64,000 nt of DNA, taken from Cetorhinus maximus. Taxonomy: Eukaryota. A program made the translations under genes and the position numbers. Below are positions 26,520-38,454 of the stretch, piece after piece. Every line of letters starts with the position of its first letter. Positions within the stretch are counted from its first letter, which is position 1. Location of the stretch: assembly GCF_964194155.1 (NCBI RefSeq), contig NC_135898.1, positions 87,668,001-87,732,000 on the forward strand, in the 5' to 3' direction. The notes under the pieces were generated by a model. The model made no database searches. It saw only the letters and a list, made by a program, of their open reading frames with translations, and was not told where the DNA came from.

Positions 26520-26870
26520 GTCCCTATGACCTCAGATGTCCCAATATAGTTTACAGCCAATGTAGTACTTTAGAAGTGCATTAGTTATGGTTGTGATAGA
26601 GGAAATGGGGCAGGCAACTATTGCATAACAAGCTCTTACAAACAAAAATGAGACATCAGATCAGATAATCTGTTTTTTTAGTGATGTTGGTTGAGCGATA
26701 CATACTGGAGAACTCAAATAGGACCTTGGGATCTTTCATGTCCACCTGGGAGGGTAGCCAAGGCCTTTGCTTAATGTCTCATCTGAAAAGTGGCACCTCC
26801 GACAGCACTCCCACAGTACTGGACTGAACTGCCAAGCCTGGATGATGTGCTCAGGTCTCTAGACGGCTTG
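26520..26870 (-). mobile_element. DeuSINE copy
   Basis: CAGATAATCTGTTTTTTTAGTGATGTTGGTTGAG...GGGATCTTTCATGTCCACCTG...GGCACCTCCGACAG. Confidence 0.75.
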
Positions 26871-26989
26871 AATAGGATACTGCCTGATTGGACCTCAGTA
26901 CAGAAAAAGCAATGGATCATCATTGCAGGATCAGTCTTGCTTCTATTTTTCAAATGATGCCTTCTCAGGATGATAAGGTCACATCTGAG

Positions 26990-28500
26990 GTCACAAATTG
27001 AGAACCAGGCTCAATATAGAAGTTTCTGAGGGGAGGTGAAAAGACAAAGAAGAGATGCAAAGATAGAACCAACATAAAAGGGAATCACAAAGTCTTCTAT
27101 AGGCATATAAATAATAAAAGGATGGTAAACGAAGAGTAGGGGCAATTAGGGAGAAAAAAGGGGATTTACACATGGAGGCAGGGGGTATCGCTGAGGTATT
27201 AAATGAATATTTTGCATCTGTCTTTACCAAGGAAGAAGGTGCTACCGAGGCCATGGTCAAAGGAGGTAATCCGGACACTAGAAGGGTTTACATTTGAAAA
27301 GGAGGAGGTATGGGATAGGCTGTCTGTACTTAAAGTGGACAAGGTACTAGGACCAGATGAGATGCACCCAAGGATCTTGAGGGAAGTGAGAGTGAAAACT
27401 TTGGAGCCATGTCCATAATTCCTCGGTTTTCCTTAGACTTAAGGGCAGGGCCAGAGGACTGGAGAGTTCTAAACATTACACCCTTGTTCAAATTGAGATG
27501 TAAAGAAATGCCCAGTACTACAGGCCAGTCAATTTAATCTCAGTGGTGGGGAAACTTCTGGAAACAATCATTTGGGAAAAAATTAATAGTCACATGGACA
27601 AATGTGGGTTATTAATGAAAGACAGCATGGATTTCTTAAGGGAAAATCGTGTTTAGCTAACTTGCTGAAGTTTTTGATGAGGTAACAGAGATGGTTGATG
27701 TGGGCAATGCTGTTGATGTGGTGTATATGGACTTCCAAAAGGCAGTTGATACAGTGCCACACAAGAGACTGGTGAGCAAAGTTATAGCTCATGGAATAAA
27801 AGGAACAGCAGCAACATGGGTATGAAATTGGCTGAGTGACAGGAAACAGACAGCAGTGGTTAATGAATGTTTTTCAGGCTGGAGGAAGGTTTGTAGTGGA
27901 GTTCCCCAGTAGTCAGTGTTGGGACCCTTGCTTTTCCTGATAGATATATTAATGACCTGGACTGTGGTGTACAGGAACAAGGCACAATTTCAAAGTTTGC
28001 AGACAATATGAAAATTGGAAACATTGTGAACTGTGAGGAGGATAGTGAAGAACTTCAAAAGGACCGAGACAAGTGGAAAGGGCCTGCAGGTGGCAGATGA
28101 AGACCAATGTGGAGAAGTGTGAAGTGATTCATTTCGATAGGAAGGACATGGAGAGTCAGTATAAAATAAAGGATACAATTCTAAAGGGTGCGCAGGAGCA
28201 GAGGGACCTGGCTGTATATTTGCATAAGTCATTGAAGGTGGCAGGATAGGTTGAGAGGGTGGTTTAAAAAAAACATAGAGTATCCTAGACTTTATTAACA
28301 GGGGCATAGGGTGCAAGAGCAAGGTGGTTATGTTGAACTTGTCCAAGATGCCAGTTCAGCCTCAGCTGGAGTATTATGCTCAGCTCTGGGTGCCACACTT
28401 TAGGAAGGATGTGAAGGCATTGGGAGAGAGGGCAGAAAAAAACCCCGAGATAAGTTCCAAGTATAAGGAACTACAGTTATGAAGATAGATTAGAGAAGTT
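26990..28500 (+). mobile_element. CR1-clade LINE ORF2 (reverse transcriptase) fragment, disrupted
   Basis: Recognisable motifs across frameshifts and stops: NIKGNHKVFYRHINNKR, GPDEMHPRILRE, QHGFLKGKSCLANL, DVVYMDFQKAVDTVPH, SGVPQ*SVLGPLLFLI, SKFADNMK. Confidence 0.9.
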
Positions 28501-28502
28501 AG

Positions 28503-28606
28503 TAATAAAAACAGAAAATTCTGGAAAAACTCAGCAGGTCTGGCAGCATCTGTGCAGAGAGAAACAGAGTTAACGTTTCAAGTCTATATGACTCTTCTTC
28601 AGAGCT
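28503..28606 (-). mobile_element. solo Penelope pseudo-LTR fragment with a canonical-core hammerhead motif
   Basis: Reverse complement AGCU-CUGAAGA-A-GAGUC-AUAUA-GACUU-GAAA-CG-UU-AACU (28568-28606) followed by the same CAGATGCTGCCAGACCTGCTGAGTTTTTCCAG tail seen at 16460-16491. Confidence 0.8.
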
Positions 28607-28779
28607 CTGGATGGGCACAACTTGCAGAGGAACCAGAGATAATGATGTTGGTACAATATTGCTGCTTTTATCCTTTGCTCTGGGAGACATCATAGGAGAG
28701 AGATATGCTGTCAAAGTAACCTTCATGGGTGCTGCTCTTTGTTTCATGGTAAGAAACCTCATTAGAACCTTGGTTTGAA

Positions 28780-29545
28780 CATGGACAGTAACATTCATGC
28801 CACACAAGTGCCAGCCAATGACCATCTCCAACAAGAGAGAATCTAACCTTTGCCCCTTGACATTCAATTACATTACCATTGCTGAATCCCCCACTATCAG
28901 CATCCTGGGGGCTACCACTGACCAGAAACTGAACAGGACTAGCCATATAAATGCTATGGCTACAAGATCAGCTCAAAGGCTAGGAATCCTGCAATGAGTA
29001 ACTCACCTCCTGAGCCCCCAAAGCCTGTCCACCATCTACAAGGTACAAGTCAAGAGTGTGACAGAATACTCCCCACTTGCCTGGGTGAGTGCAGCTCCAA
29101 TAACACAGCACAAAAGAAGCTTGACACCATCCAGGACAAAGCAGCCTGCTTGATTGGCACAAGCATTCACTCCATCCACCACTGACGCACAGTAGCAGCA
29201 GTGTGTACCGTCTACAAGATGCACTACAGCAACTCACCAAGGCTCCTTAGGCAGCACCTTCCAAACCCATGACCACTACCGTCTAGAAGGGCACAGGCAG
29301 CAGAACACCACCACCTGCAAGTTCCCCTCCAAGTCACCATCATGACCTGGAAATAGATCACCATTCCTTCGCTGTTGCTGGGTCAAAATCCTGGATCTCC
29401 CTCCTTAATAGCACTGTGGGTGTACCTACATCACATGGACTGTAGAGTTTCAAGAAGGCAGCTCACCACCACCTTCTCAAGGGCAATTAGGGATGGGCTA
29501 TAAATGTTGGCCCAGCCATATCCCATGAATGAATTAAAAAAAAGA
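28780..29545 (+). mobile_element. CR1/L2-group LINE 3' fragment (different family; donor of the SINE tail)
   Basis: TFMPHKCQPMTISNKR...ILGATTDQKLN...LSTIYKVQVKSVTEYSPLAW...KKLDTIQDKAACLIG, ending CAAGGGCAATTAGGGATGGG...ATGAATGAATTAAAAAAA. Further 3' fragments at ~50-345 (-), ~36765-36880 (+) and ~47110-47310 (+). Confidence 0.8.
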
Positions 29546-29904
29546 ACTTGTCAACACTAATCACTTGAGTGTTGCCCACAGCACTGTATATACTGCAGCT
29601 ACCTGTTTAGTTCAGTGGGTTAGAACAGTGTCCTTCATTTTATGTAACTGTTGGAATTAAAGATTTATTATAATGCTTGCTGCAAGGATCTTCAGTGGAG
29701 AGAACGTTTACAATACAAACCTATTTAACACATGCACAAGACAGCAATATGAACTGGCCATGAGTTAGTACGCTGAAAGAGTTGTGACACTCTGGTTCTG
29801 TAGTAATTCGAAGATCATGAGGTAAGTTGTTGAAAGTTCGGCAAAGACATGGAAACAGTAACGTTGGCATGAAGCAATGGCCGGTGTTTCTCTTTCAGAC
29901 ACAG

Positions 29905-30330
29905 AGGGCCGAATCTTCGGCTCGGCGAGCCGGGGGTGGGGCCTGCTCACCGAGGCATAAAATGACGTGGGGTGATGTCGGGCGTGCGTCCTGACGTCAC
30001 CCTGCATCATTTAGATTTTCAGTTCGGCAGGTGCACAGCCAAGTGAAACTGTCAAAGGCTTGTGAAGGCCATTAATGAACTAATTAAGCCAATCGGGAAA
30101 GCTGCCTGTCTGACCTTAAGGTTAGCGGTGGGGGAGGGGCAGGCGAAGAGCCCAGGCGGCCTTCGCATTTTTCATGGAACCTCATCCACAGGTGGGATGA
30201 TGTTTCATGAAGGATTTATAAATCCAATACATTTTTTCATTGAAGTTCATTGACATGTCCCAGATCATGTGACACTGTCACACGCGGGGACATGTCTTAA
30301 ATTTTTTTTCTTTATTAAAATTTTTGGAAC
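29905..30330. mobile_element. probable non-autonomous DNA transposon end (PIF/Harbinger-like)
   Basis: Abrupt GC-rich start GGGCCGAATCTT and several internal palindromes (TTCATGGAACCTCATCC...GGATGATGTTTCATGAA; GACATGTCCC...GGGACATGTC). No matching second terminus was found. Confidence 0.4.
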
Positions 30331-30426
30331 TTAAACACTCTTTCACACGCAGAATGATTTATGATTCTACCCAGAATGATTTATATTGTCTTTTTAACCC
30401 AGTTAGTACCATCTTTTCCTTTTGAG

Positions 30427-30998
30427 TCATTGTGTGTGTGTATGTGCATGCTTGTGTGTGTGTGTGTATATGTGAGCATTTGGGTGTGTGCATGTAAGTG
30501 TATGACTGTGTGTGTGTCTGAGTGTAAGTGTGTGTGTATGTGTGAGTCTGTGTGTATGTGTAAGTGTGTGTGAGTGTGAATGTAAGTGTGTGTTTATGTG
30601 TGAGTCTGTGTGTATGTGAGTGTGTGTGTGAGCATTTGTGTGAGAGTGTGTGTGTGTGTACGTGTGTGAGTGCATTTGTGAATGCATATGAATGGGTATG
30701 TGCCTGTGTGGCTGAGTGTGTATGTGTTTGCGTGAGTATGTGTGTCTGTGTGTGTGAGCGGGTGTGAGTGTAAGTGTGAGTTTGAGTGTGTGAGTGTATC
30801 TGTGAGTGTGAGTGTATGTAAGAGAGAGTGTGTGTGTGTGTGTGAGCGAGAGAGTGTGTGTGTATCAGTGTATGTGTGTGTGTGAGTGCATGTGTGAGCG
30901 TGTGTTGTGTTGAGTGTGTGTGAATGGGTGTGCATATGTGTCTGAGTGTGTGTACGTGAGTGTGTTTGTGTGTGAATGTGTGCATGCGTGTGAGTGTA
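30427..30998. repeat. degenerate (TG)n / TGTGAG low-complexity satellite
   Basis: Continuous TG-rich sequence with GAGT/TATG/CATG variants. Confidence 0.95.
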
Positions 30999-30999
30999 G

Positions 31000-31666
31000 A
31001 GTCATAGATGTTTACAGCACAGAAGGAGGCTATTCGGCCCATCATATCCATGCCGGTCAACAAAGATCTGACTACACTAATCCCATTTTCCAACACTTGG
31101 CCATGGAGGCTATGGCAGCACTAGTGAATATCTAAATATTTCTTCAATGTTACAAGGGTTTCTGACTCAACCACCCTTTCAGGCAGTGAGTTCCAGATTC
31201 CCACCACCCTCTGGGTGAAAACATTTCTCCTCAACTCCCCCCTTAGCCTTCTACCTCTTGCCTTAAATCTATGCCCCTTGGTTATTGACCCCTCTACTGA
31301 TGGAAAAAGTGCCTTCCTATCCACCCTATTTATGCCCCTCATAATCTTATACACCTCTATCAGGTCCCCTCTCAACCTTCGCTGCTCCGAGGAAAACAAC
31401 CTCAGCCTATCTAATCTTTCCTCATAGCTCAGACCCTCCAGCACAGGCGGCATCCTGATAAATCTCCTCTGCACCCTCTCCAGTGCAATCACATCCTTCC
31501 TATAAGGTGGTGACCAGAACTGCACGCAATACTCCAGTTGTGGCCTAACCAGCATTTTATACAGTTGCAGTATAACCTCCCTGCTCTTATATTCTATGCC
31601 TCGGCCAATAAAGGCAAGTATCTCATATGTCTTCTTAACCACCTTATCTACCTGCCCTGCTACCAC
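31000..31666 (-). mobile_element. CR1 LINE 3' end fragment
   Basis: ORF 31121-31666 reads LYKMLVRPQLEYCVQFWSP...LERVQRR...YEERL...RRLRGDLIEVYKIM...FTQRVVGIWNSLP, then the CR1 3' UTR (ATGGGCCGAATAGCCTCCTTCTGTGCTGTAA). Confidence 0.92.
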
Positions 31667-32754
31667 TTGCCGTTACCTGTAAAAAAAAACACAAAATATC
31701 CATTCTGCTCGGGGAAAATGGGTTAGTCCGTCCAAACATATCTGACAATTGAGGAACTTTAAATTTTGTAATGCCCAATATAAATAAATTTTAAAAAGAG
31801 CAACTTGTTTCTTTGTTTCGAATTCTCATATCTTTGCCGCATTTCCTCAGATTTCATAACGTTCTCCTCAGACAGTATTTTAAATCACCCTTCAAATTGT
31901 TTAAAAATTCCAAGCTCCCTTTCTTCCCCCCTACTTTTAGCAGTCTGAGTTCAAGTTCCAATTGATAGTATCCAATCTCAAAATATTCCTTCTTTCTAGG
32001 GACAAAATTCCCAAATCCTTAAATGTTGTAACAAATTTCTCAACCAAGGCCAATCCAATTTAGGATTGATCATAATCACTTCCAAAATGTGTGTGTAAGT
32101 GTTGTGTGTGTGTGTGATTGTGTATGTGTGCATGCGAGTGTGTGTGTGTAAGTGTCTTGTGTTGGTGTGAGTGTGCGTGAGTTTGAGTGTGAGTGTGCGT
32201 GAGTTTGAGTGTGAGTGTGTGTGAGTTTCTCTCAGCTTCAGTTCCTGGTTGGCAACAGCTTGAGACTTTTCACACTTGTTAGATCTTAGAATTCCTTCCC
32301 TTACACACAGCCTTCTCTCCATTAAACATATTTTCCCCTTTGAATGCAAATTCCCATTGTTTTGCTATGTCTATGGACTTTTACTTCTCTAATAATAAAA
32401 ACCCATCAAAATACCAATTTTATCATTGATCTTTGGGAAAAATAAACACACTGTTTCTCAACTTCTCCTGGCTAGGTATAACATTTCACCCCTCCTTTGA
32501 ATTCAAGCTAGTCCAGTTTATTTAAAAATGCAAATGTTCCCTTTACACCTCACATTCTAAAACTTCCCCCATGTTTACCTCCTCAACATTCAAATCTAGC
32601 TTATCTTCTGATACATCAAAGCCTTCAGACCAACTGCCTTTAATTCAAATAAGTCCCACACATGCACAGACCCATAGACACAGACACCACTATTACTCTA
32701 CTTTACAATAAATTCTAATAACATTGTGAAAATTATTATATCTTCCTGACAATG

Positions 32755-35700
32755 AGTATGTGTGTGTAGAAACAGAGAGAGTGTATGTGTGTAAATGTGT
32801 GTATCTGTGTATGTTTGAGTGTGTGTATGGGTGTGTGTGTGTGCTGAGTGTGTGTGAATGTGTGTGCATGTGTGCCTGTGTGTGTGTGAGAGAGAGTGTG
32901 TGTACGTGTGTGCGTGAGTGTGTGTGTGAGTATCATTGTGCGTGTGTATGAGTGAGTGTGTGTATGTATGTGTGAGTCTATGTGTGTGTGTTAGAGAGTG
33001 TGTGTGCAAGTGTGTTTGTGTAATGTGCCTGTGNNNNNNNNNNNNNNNNNNNNNNNNNNNNNNNNNNNNNNNNNNNNNNNNNNNNNNNNNNNNNNNNNNN
33101 NNNNNNNNNNNNNNNNNNNNNNNNNNNNNNNNNNNNNNNNNNNNNNNNNNNNNNNNNNNNNNNNNNNNNNNNNNNNNNNNNNNNNNNNNNNNNNNNNNNN
33201 NNNNNNNNNNNNNNNNNNNNNNNNNNNNNNNNNNNNNNNNNNNNNNNNNNNNNNNNNNNNNNNNNNNNNNNNNNNNNNNNNNNNNNNNNNNNNNNCATAT
33301 GTGTGTGAGTGTGAGTGTGCATGTGTGACTGAGTGTGTATGTCTGTGTGTCTGAATGCTTCTATGAGTGTGAGTATGTGTTTGTGCTTGAGTCTGNNNNN
33401 NNNNNNNNNNNNNNNNNNNNNNNNNNNNNNNNNNNNNNNNNNNNNNNNNNNNNNNNNNNNNNNNNNNNNNNNNNNNNNNNNNNNNNNNNNNNNNNNNNNN
33501 NNNNNNNNNNNNNNNNNNNNNNNNNNNNNNNNNNNNNNNNNNNNNNNNNNNNNNNNNNNNNNNNNNNNNNNNNNNNNNNNNNNNNNGGTCTGTGTGTTAG
33601 TGTGAATGTGTATATATATGTGTTTGTGTGTGAGTCTGTGTGTGAAAGTATGTGTGTGAGTGTGTTAGTGTGTGTGAGTGTTAGTTTGTGTGTGAGAGTG
33701 AGTGTGTATGAATGTAATTGTGTGTGTCTGTGTGTGAGTGAATCTGTAGGTGTGTGCGTGGGTATGAATGTGTGAGTGTGCATGTGCCTGTGTGTGAGTC
33801 TGTGTGTGCGTGAGTATGAGTGTGTGAGTGTAAGTGTGTATGTGCATGTGTGTGAGTGTGTATATTTGTGTGTGTGCATGACAGTGTGTGCATATGTGTG
33901 TATGTGCAAGTACACGTGTGTGTGTGAGTCTTTGTGTCTATTAGTGTGAGTGTGTGTGTGTATGTGTGTATGTGAGTGTGTGTGTGAGCCTATGTGTGCA
34001 TATGTGTGTGAGTGTGAGTGCGCATGTGTATGTGTGTGTGTGTATGTCTGTGTGCCTGAGTGTGAGTGTGCATTTGTGCTTGTGTGTGGGTCTGTGTGTC
34101 TATGTGTGTATGTGAGTGAGTGTGTGAATGAGTGTGTGTGAGTGTGTTNNNNNNNNNNNNNNNNNNNNNNNNNNNNNNNNNNNNNNNNNNNNNNNNNNNN
34201 NNNNNNNNNNNNNNNNNNNNNNNNNNNNNNNNNNNNNNNNNNNNNNNNNNNNNNNNNNNNNNNNNNNNNNNNNNNNNNNNNNNNNNNNNNNNNNNGTGTG
34301 TTAGTGTGTGTGTGTATTTGTGTGTAAGTGTGTGTGTGAGTGTTAGTGTGTGTGCGTGAGTGTTAGTGTGTGTGAGTGCATGTGTATGTCTGTGTGCCTG
34401 AGTGTGAGTGTGTATTTGTNNNNNNNNNNNNNNNNNNNNNNNNNNNNNNNNNNNNNNNNNNNNNNNNNNNNNNNNNNNNNNNNNNNNNNNNNNNNNNNNN
34501 NNNNNNNNNNNNNNNNNNNNNNNNNNNNNNNNNNNNNNNNNNNNNNNNNNNNNNNNNNNNNNNNNNNNNNNNNNNNNNNNNNNNNNNNNNNNNNNGTGTA
34601 TGTCTGCATGTGTCTGTGTGTATATGTGAGTGAGTGCGTGTGTGTATTAGTATGTGTGTGAGTGTGTTAGTGTGTGTATTTGTGTGTGTTTAGTGTGTGC
34701 ATGAGTGTTAGTGTGTGTGAGTGCATGTGNNNNNNNNNNNNNNNNNNNNNNNNNNNNNNNNNNNNNNNNNNNNNNNNNNNNNNNNNNNNNNNNNNNNNNN
34801 NNNNNNNNNNNNNNNNNNNNNNNNNNNNNNNNNNNNNNNNNNNNNNNNNNNNNNNNNNGTGTACATGCATGTGCATGAGTGTGAGNNNNNNNNNNNNNNN
34901 NNNNNNNNNNNNNNNNNNNNNNNNNNNNNNNNNNNNNNNNNNNNNNNNNNNNNNNNNNNNNNNNNNNNNNNNNNNNNNNNNNNNNNNNNNNNNNNNNNNN
35001 NNNNNNNNNNNNNNNNNNNNNNNNNNNNNNNNNNNNNNNNNNNNNNNNNNNNNNNNNNNNNNNNNNNNNNNNGTGTATGTATGTGAGTGAGTGTGTGAAT
35101 GAGTGTGTGTGTGTATTAGTGTGTGTGTATGTGTGTGTAAGTGTGTGTGTGTGAGTATGTTAGTGTGTGTGTGTCAGTGCATGCATGTGTATATGAGTGT
35201 GTGTGAGTCTGTGTGTGCATATGTGTGTGTGTCTGTGTGTGTATGTGTGAGTGAATGCGTGTGTGTATTAGTGTGTGTGAGTGTGTTAGTGTGTGCGTGA
35301 GTGTTAGTATGTGTGTATGTCTGTGCATGTGTCTGTGTGTGAGTCTGTGTGTATGAATGTGCAAGTGTAAGGGTGTTTGAGTGTGTGTGTTTGTGTGAGT
35401 GTGTGTATTACTGTGTGAGTGTGTGTGACAGTGTGTGTGTAAGTGTGTTTGTGTATGTGTCTGTGTGCGCGAGTGTAAGTGTGTACAGTTGTATGTGCAT
35501 GTGTGTGTGAATGTGTGTGAGTGTATGTGTGTATTAGTGTGTGAGTGTGANNNNNNNNNNNNNNNNNNNNNNNNNNNNNNNNNNNNNNNNNNNNNNNNNN
35601 NNNNNNNNNNNNNNNNNNNNNNNNNNNNNNNNNNNNNNNNNNNNNNNNNNNNNNNNNNNNNNNNNNNNNNNNNNNNNNNNNNNNNNNNNNNNNNNNNNNN

Positions 35701-36690
35701 GAGTGTGTGAGTGCATGTGTTAGTGTGTGCGAGTATGTGTGTGCATGTGTGTCTGCGTGTGTGACTGTATGTGCATTTGTTTGTGTGTGTGTGTATGTTG
35801 TATGTGTGTGTGTGCATGTGAGTGTGTGTGAATCTGTGTGTGTGTGTGGGGGGGGGGTATGAATGTGTGAGTGTGTGTCTGTGTATCTATCTGTGTGTGA
35901 GCCTGTGCATGTGTATGAGTGTGCGAGTGTATGAATGTGTGAGTGTGTGTGTATTTGTATGCGAGTTCAAGTGTGTATGTGTGTGTATAACTGTTTGTGT
36001 GTGTGAGTGTATGTGAGTGTGTGTGTGTATGTGAGTCTGTGTGTGTGTCTGTGTGTGCATATGTGTGTGTGTGGGTGTGCGTGGGTGTGAGTGTGTATGT
36101 CTGTGTGCCTGAGTGTGAGTGTGTGTTTGTGCTTGTGTATGTGGGTCTGTGTGCCTGTGTGTGCATGTGAGTGAATATGCGAGTGAATGTATGTGAGTGT
36201 GTGTGAGTATGAGTGTGAGTGTATGTGTCTGTCATCTGAGTGCTTGTGTAAGCGTGAGTGCATGTGTGTGTGTGTGTCTGTGCTTGTGTGTGTGTGTCTG
36301 TGTGTATGTTTGTGTGTTGTTTGTGTGTGTCTGTGTGTATGTGTGTCTGTATGTGAGTGCGTGAGTGAGTTTGTGTGTGCGCATGAGAGAGTGTGAATGA
36401 GTGTGTTTGTGTGTGTATGTGTGTTTAATTGTGTATGTCAGTTTTTTGTATTTTTGCGAGTGTGTGTGAATGAGTGCATGTGTCAAAACATGTTTTTGTA
36501 TGTGTGTTTTTGTGTGTGTTTGAGTTGACCATGTGTTTTTGTGAGTTGTGGTGTGTTAAGGGTGTGGGTTGTGTGTGCGTGAATTTGTCTATGTGAGGGA
36601 ATCGTGTGTGTATGTGTGTGTGTGTGTATGCGGATTTGTGTGTGTTGTGTGAGAGGGGTTGTGTGTTTTGTGTGTCTGGTGGGAGGATGG
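32755..36690. repeat. large degenerate (TG)n satellite block with seven N gaps
   Basis: TG-rich throughout. N runs at about 33034-33295, 33396-33586, 34149-34295, 34420-34595, 34730-34858, 34886-35072 and 35551-35700. Confidence 0.95.
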
Positions 36691-38454
36691 GCAGGTTTCC
36701 TCACTGATAATTATAAAAGTATAGAGAGATTGTAAGAAGAGCCCTTTTTATTTTTATCTTCAGGGACTGCAGCGGTTCAAGAGGGCGGCTCACCACCACC
36801 CTCTCAAGGGCAACTAGGGATGGGCAATAAATGCTGGGCCCAGCCAGCGACACGCACATCCCATGAAAACAATAAAAAAAAAGGATGTAAGGAATAGAGA
36901 ATGTTCCACCTGATATTGAGAATTGAGAGAGGGAGCAGTGAATAACAGAGATTGTAAAACCCCGTCCTCCGCTCAGCAAACACGCCCGGGGCGATTCCAA
37001 CTGACACATAACCAAGGTCGGAACAAGCTGGAGTGTTTACATTTTTCTGTCCAGGTAATGAAACCCGCGCTGTTCTCCTGAGAGAGGTGCCCAGGGAGTG
37101 TGTGACTGGGAGCAAACCTGCCCCTACACGCCACACTCGGATCACTGTCCTGCTTTACTCTGTCCCAGGGAGTTCCCCCCACCCCCACCCCCCTAGGGCC
37201 CCTAAAGGGGTTTCTGAAGTTGCGGGGGGGGGGATTGTTCCCCCTTTGATCCAGGGGGTAGGATGGATTTTATCCCCCCCGTAACCGCTGCGCTGAGACT
37301 GAAGTTGAAGTTAACCTGCTTTGGGATGAAGCGAGACGGCCAAATGTCCTCTGCTCCGGGCAACTCAGCCATTTATGGACCGATTCGACCCGAATAAATG
37401 CTTCAGGAAGTATCAGGCCGCATGGATATTGACACAAAATCAAATATCAGTCTGTGCGGGAGGTAAGGGTGGCGGTTCATATCATCCATCCATCTATCTG
37501 TCTACGAATCTATCTACTTATGATCAATCGATCGATCGACCTACCTACTTACCTACCTATCTCCCCATGATCTCTATATCTATCTATCCACAGAAACTTG
37601 ATCGCTTTCATTCTGCTCCCATGTCAATGTTGTCAGTGAACAGATTGTATGTGCTCGGTCCTTTAGGGCGGGGGGGAGTTAGACTGAGCCAGAGTGTGAT
37701 TCTGTTCTAGACAGTGAAATGGATGGTCCAATGGGGACTGTGCTAGGGAATCTCACCCCTGGACCTGGGTTCTGTCTGAATTGATTCAAGGTCCTCAATG
37801 CAGTTGATTTTATGTAGTTTAAAGTAAGCCGCAGCCAGCAGTGACATATTCCTTTTTTTATGAAGGGCTTCACACTGACTCTTTAAATCATTTTTAACAT
37901 TATTGGGTCGGCAGCAAGTGTGTGCAGTCCCTGCCCATCAGCATGGCTGTGAGTTAAAGAAACGACATGTCAATGTATCCACCAACCGGGGAGGATTAAG
38001 CGCCGCTATACAGCCTCCATCCTCAGTAATAAAGTCATATTGAAAGTCATTGTGAAAAACTAATTCCAAAAAAGCTTCTGTACTTTTCTCACATTCCAAT
38101 CTCCATTTAACCAGCTCCTCCCAGCCTCCCTCTGGTGCTGGGTTTAAATGAATCGGATTCGGTTTTCCTGCTCTCCCAACTCCTGGAACCTCCTGGTGTC
38201 CTCCACTAAACTTCGAAACCTCTGGAGATTTAAATCTGTCCGAGTTATTTCTTCCATGAATTCCAACCACCCGCCCCCAATTTTGGTGTCACCTTCATTG
38301 ATATTTAATTCACCCCCATCGTCTCTCGGGGTATTTTCAAGTTTTGAGCCTAGTTTGATCAATACTTTTCCTCAAAAAAAAAGACCCTGCCCTTCAAGAA
38401 ATGTTCGAGAGAGGCCAGGACTTCAGGTTCAATAAGAACTCCGCAGAGGCTGGG

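Noticed and set aside
31700-32730. Possible LTR/Gypsy-derived fragments flanking a short TG tract
   Set aside because: Composition is suggestive, but no diagnostic motif, paired LTR or TSD could be identified by eye.
30359-36704. Many His/Thr- and Cys/Val-rich ORFs
   Set aside because: Artefacts of (TG)n/(CA)n satellite and N runs.
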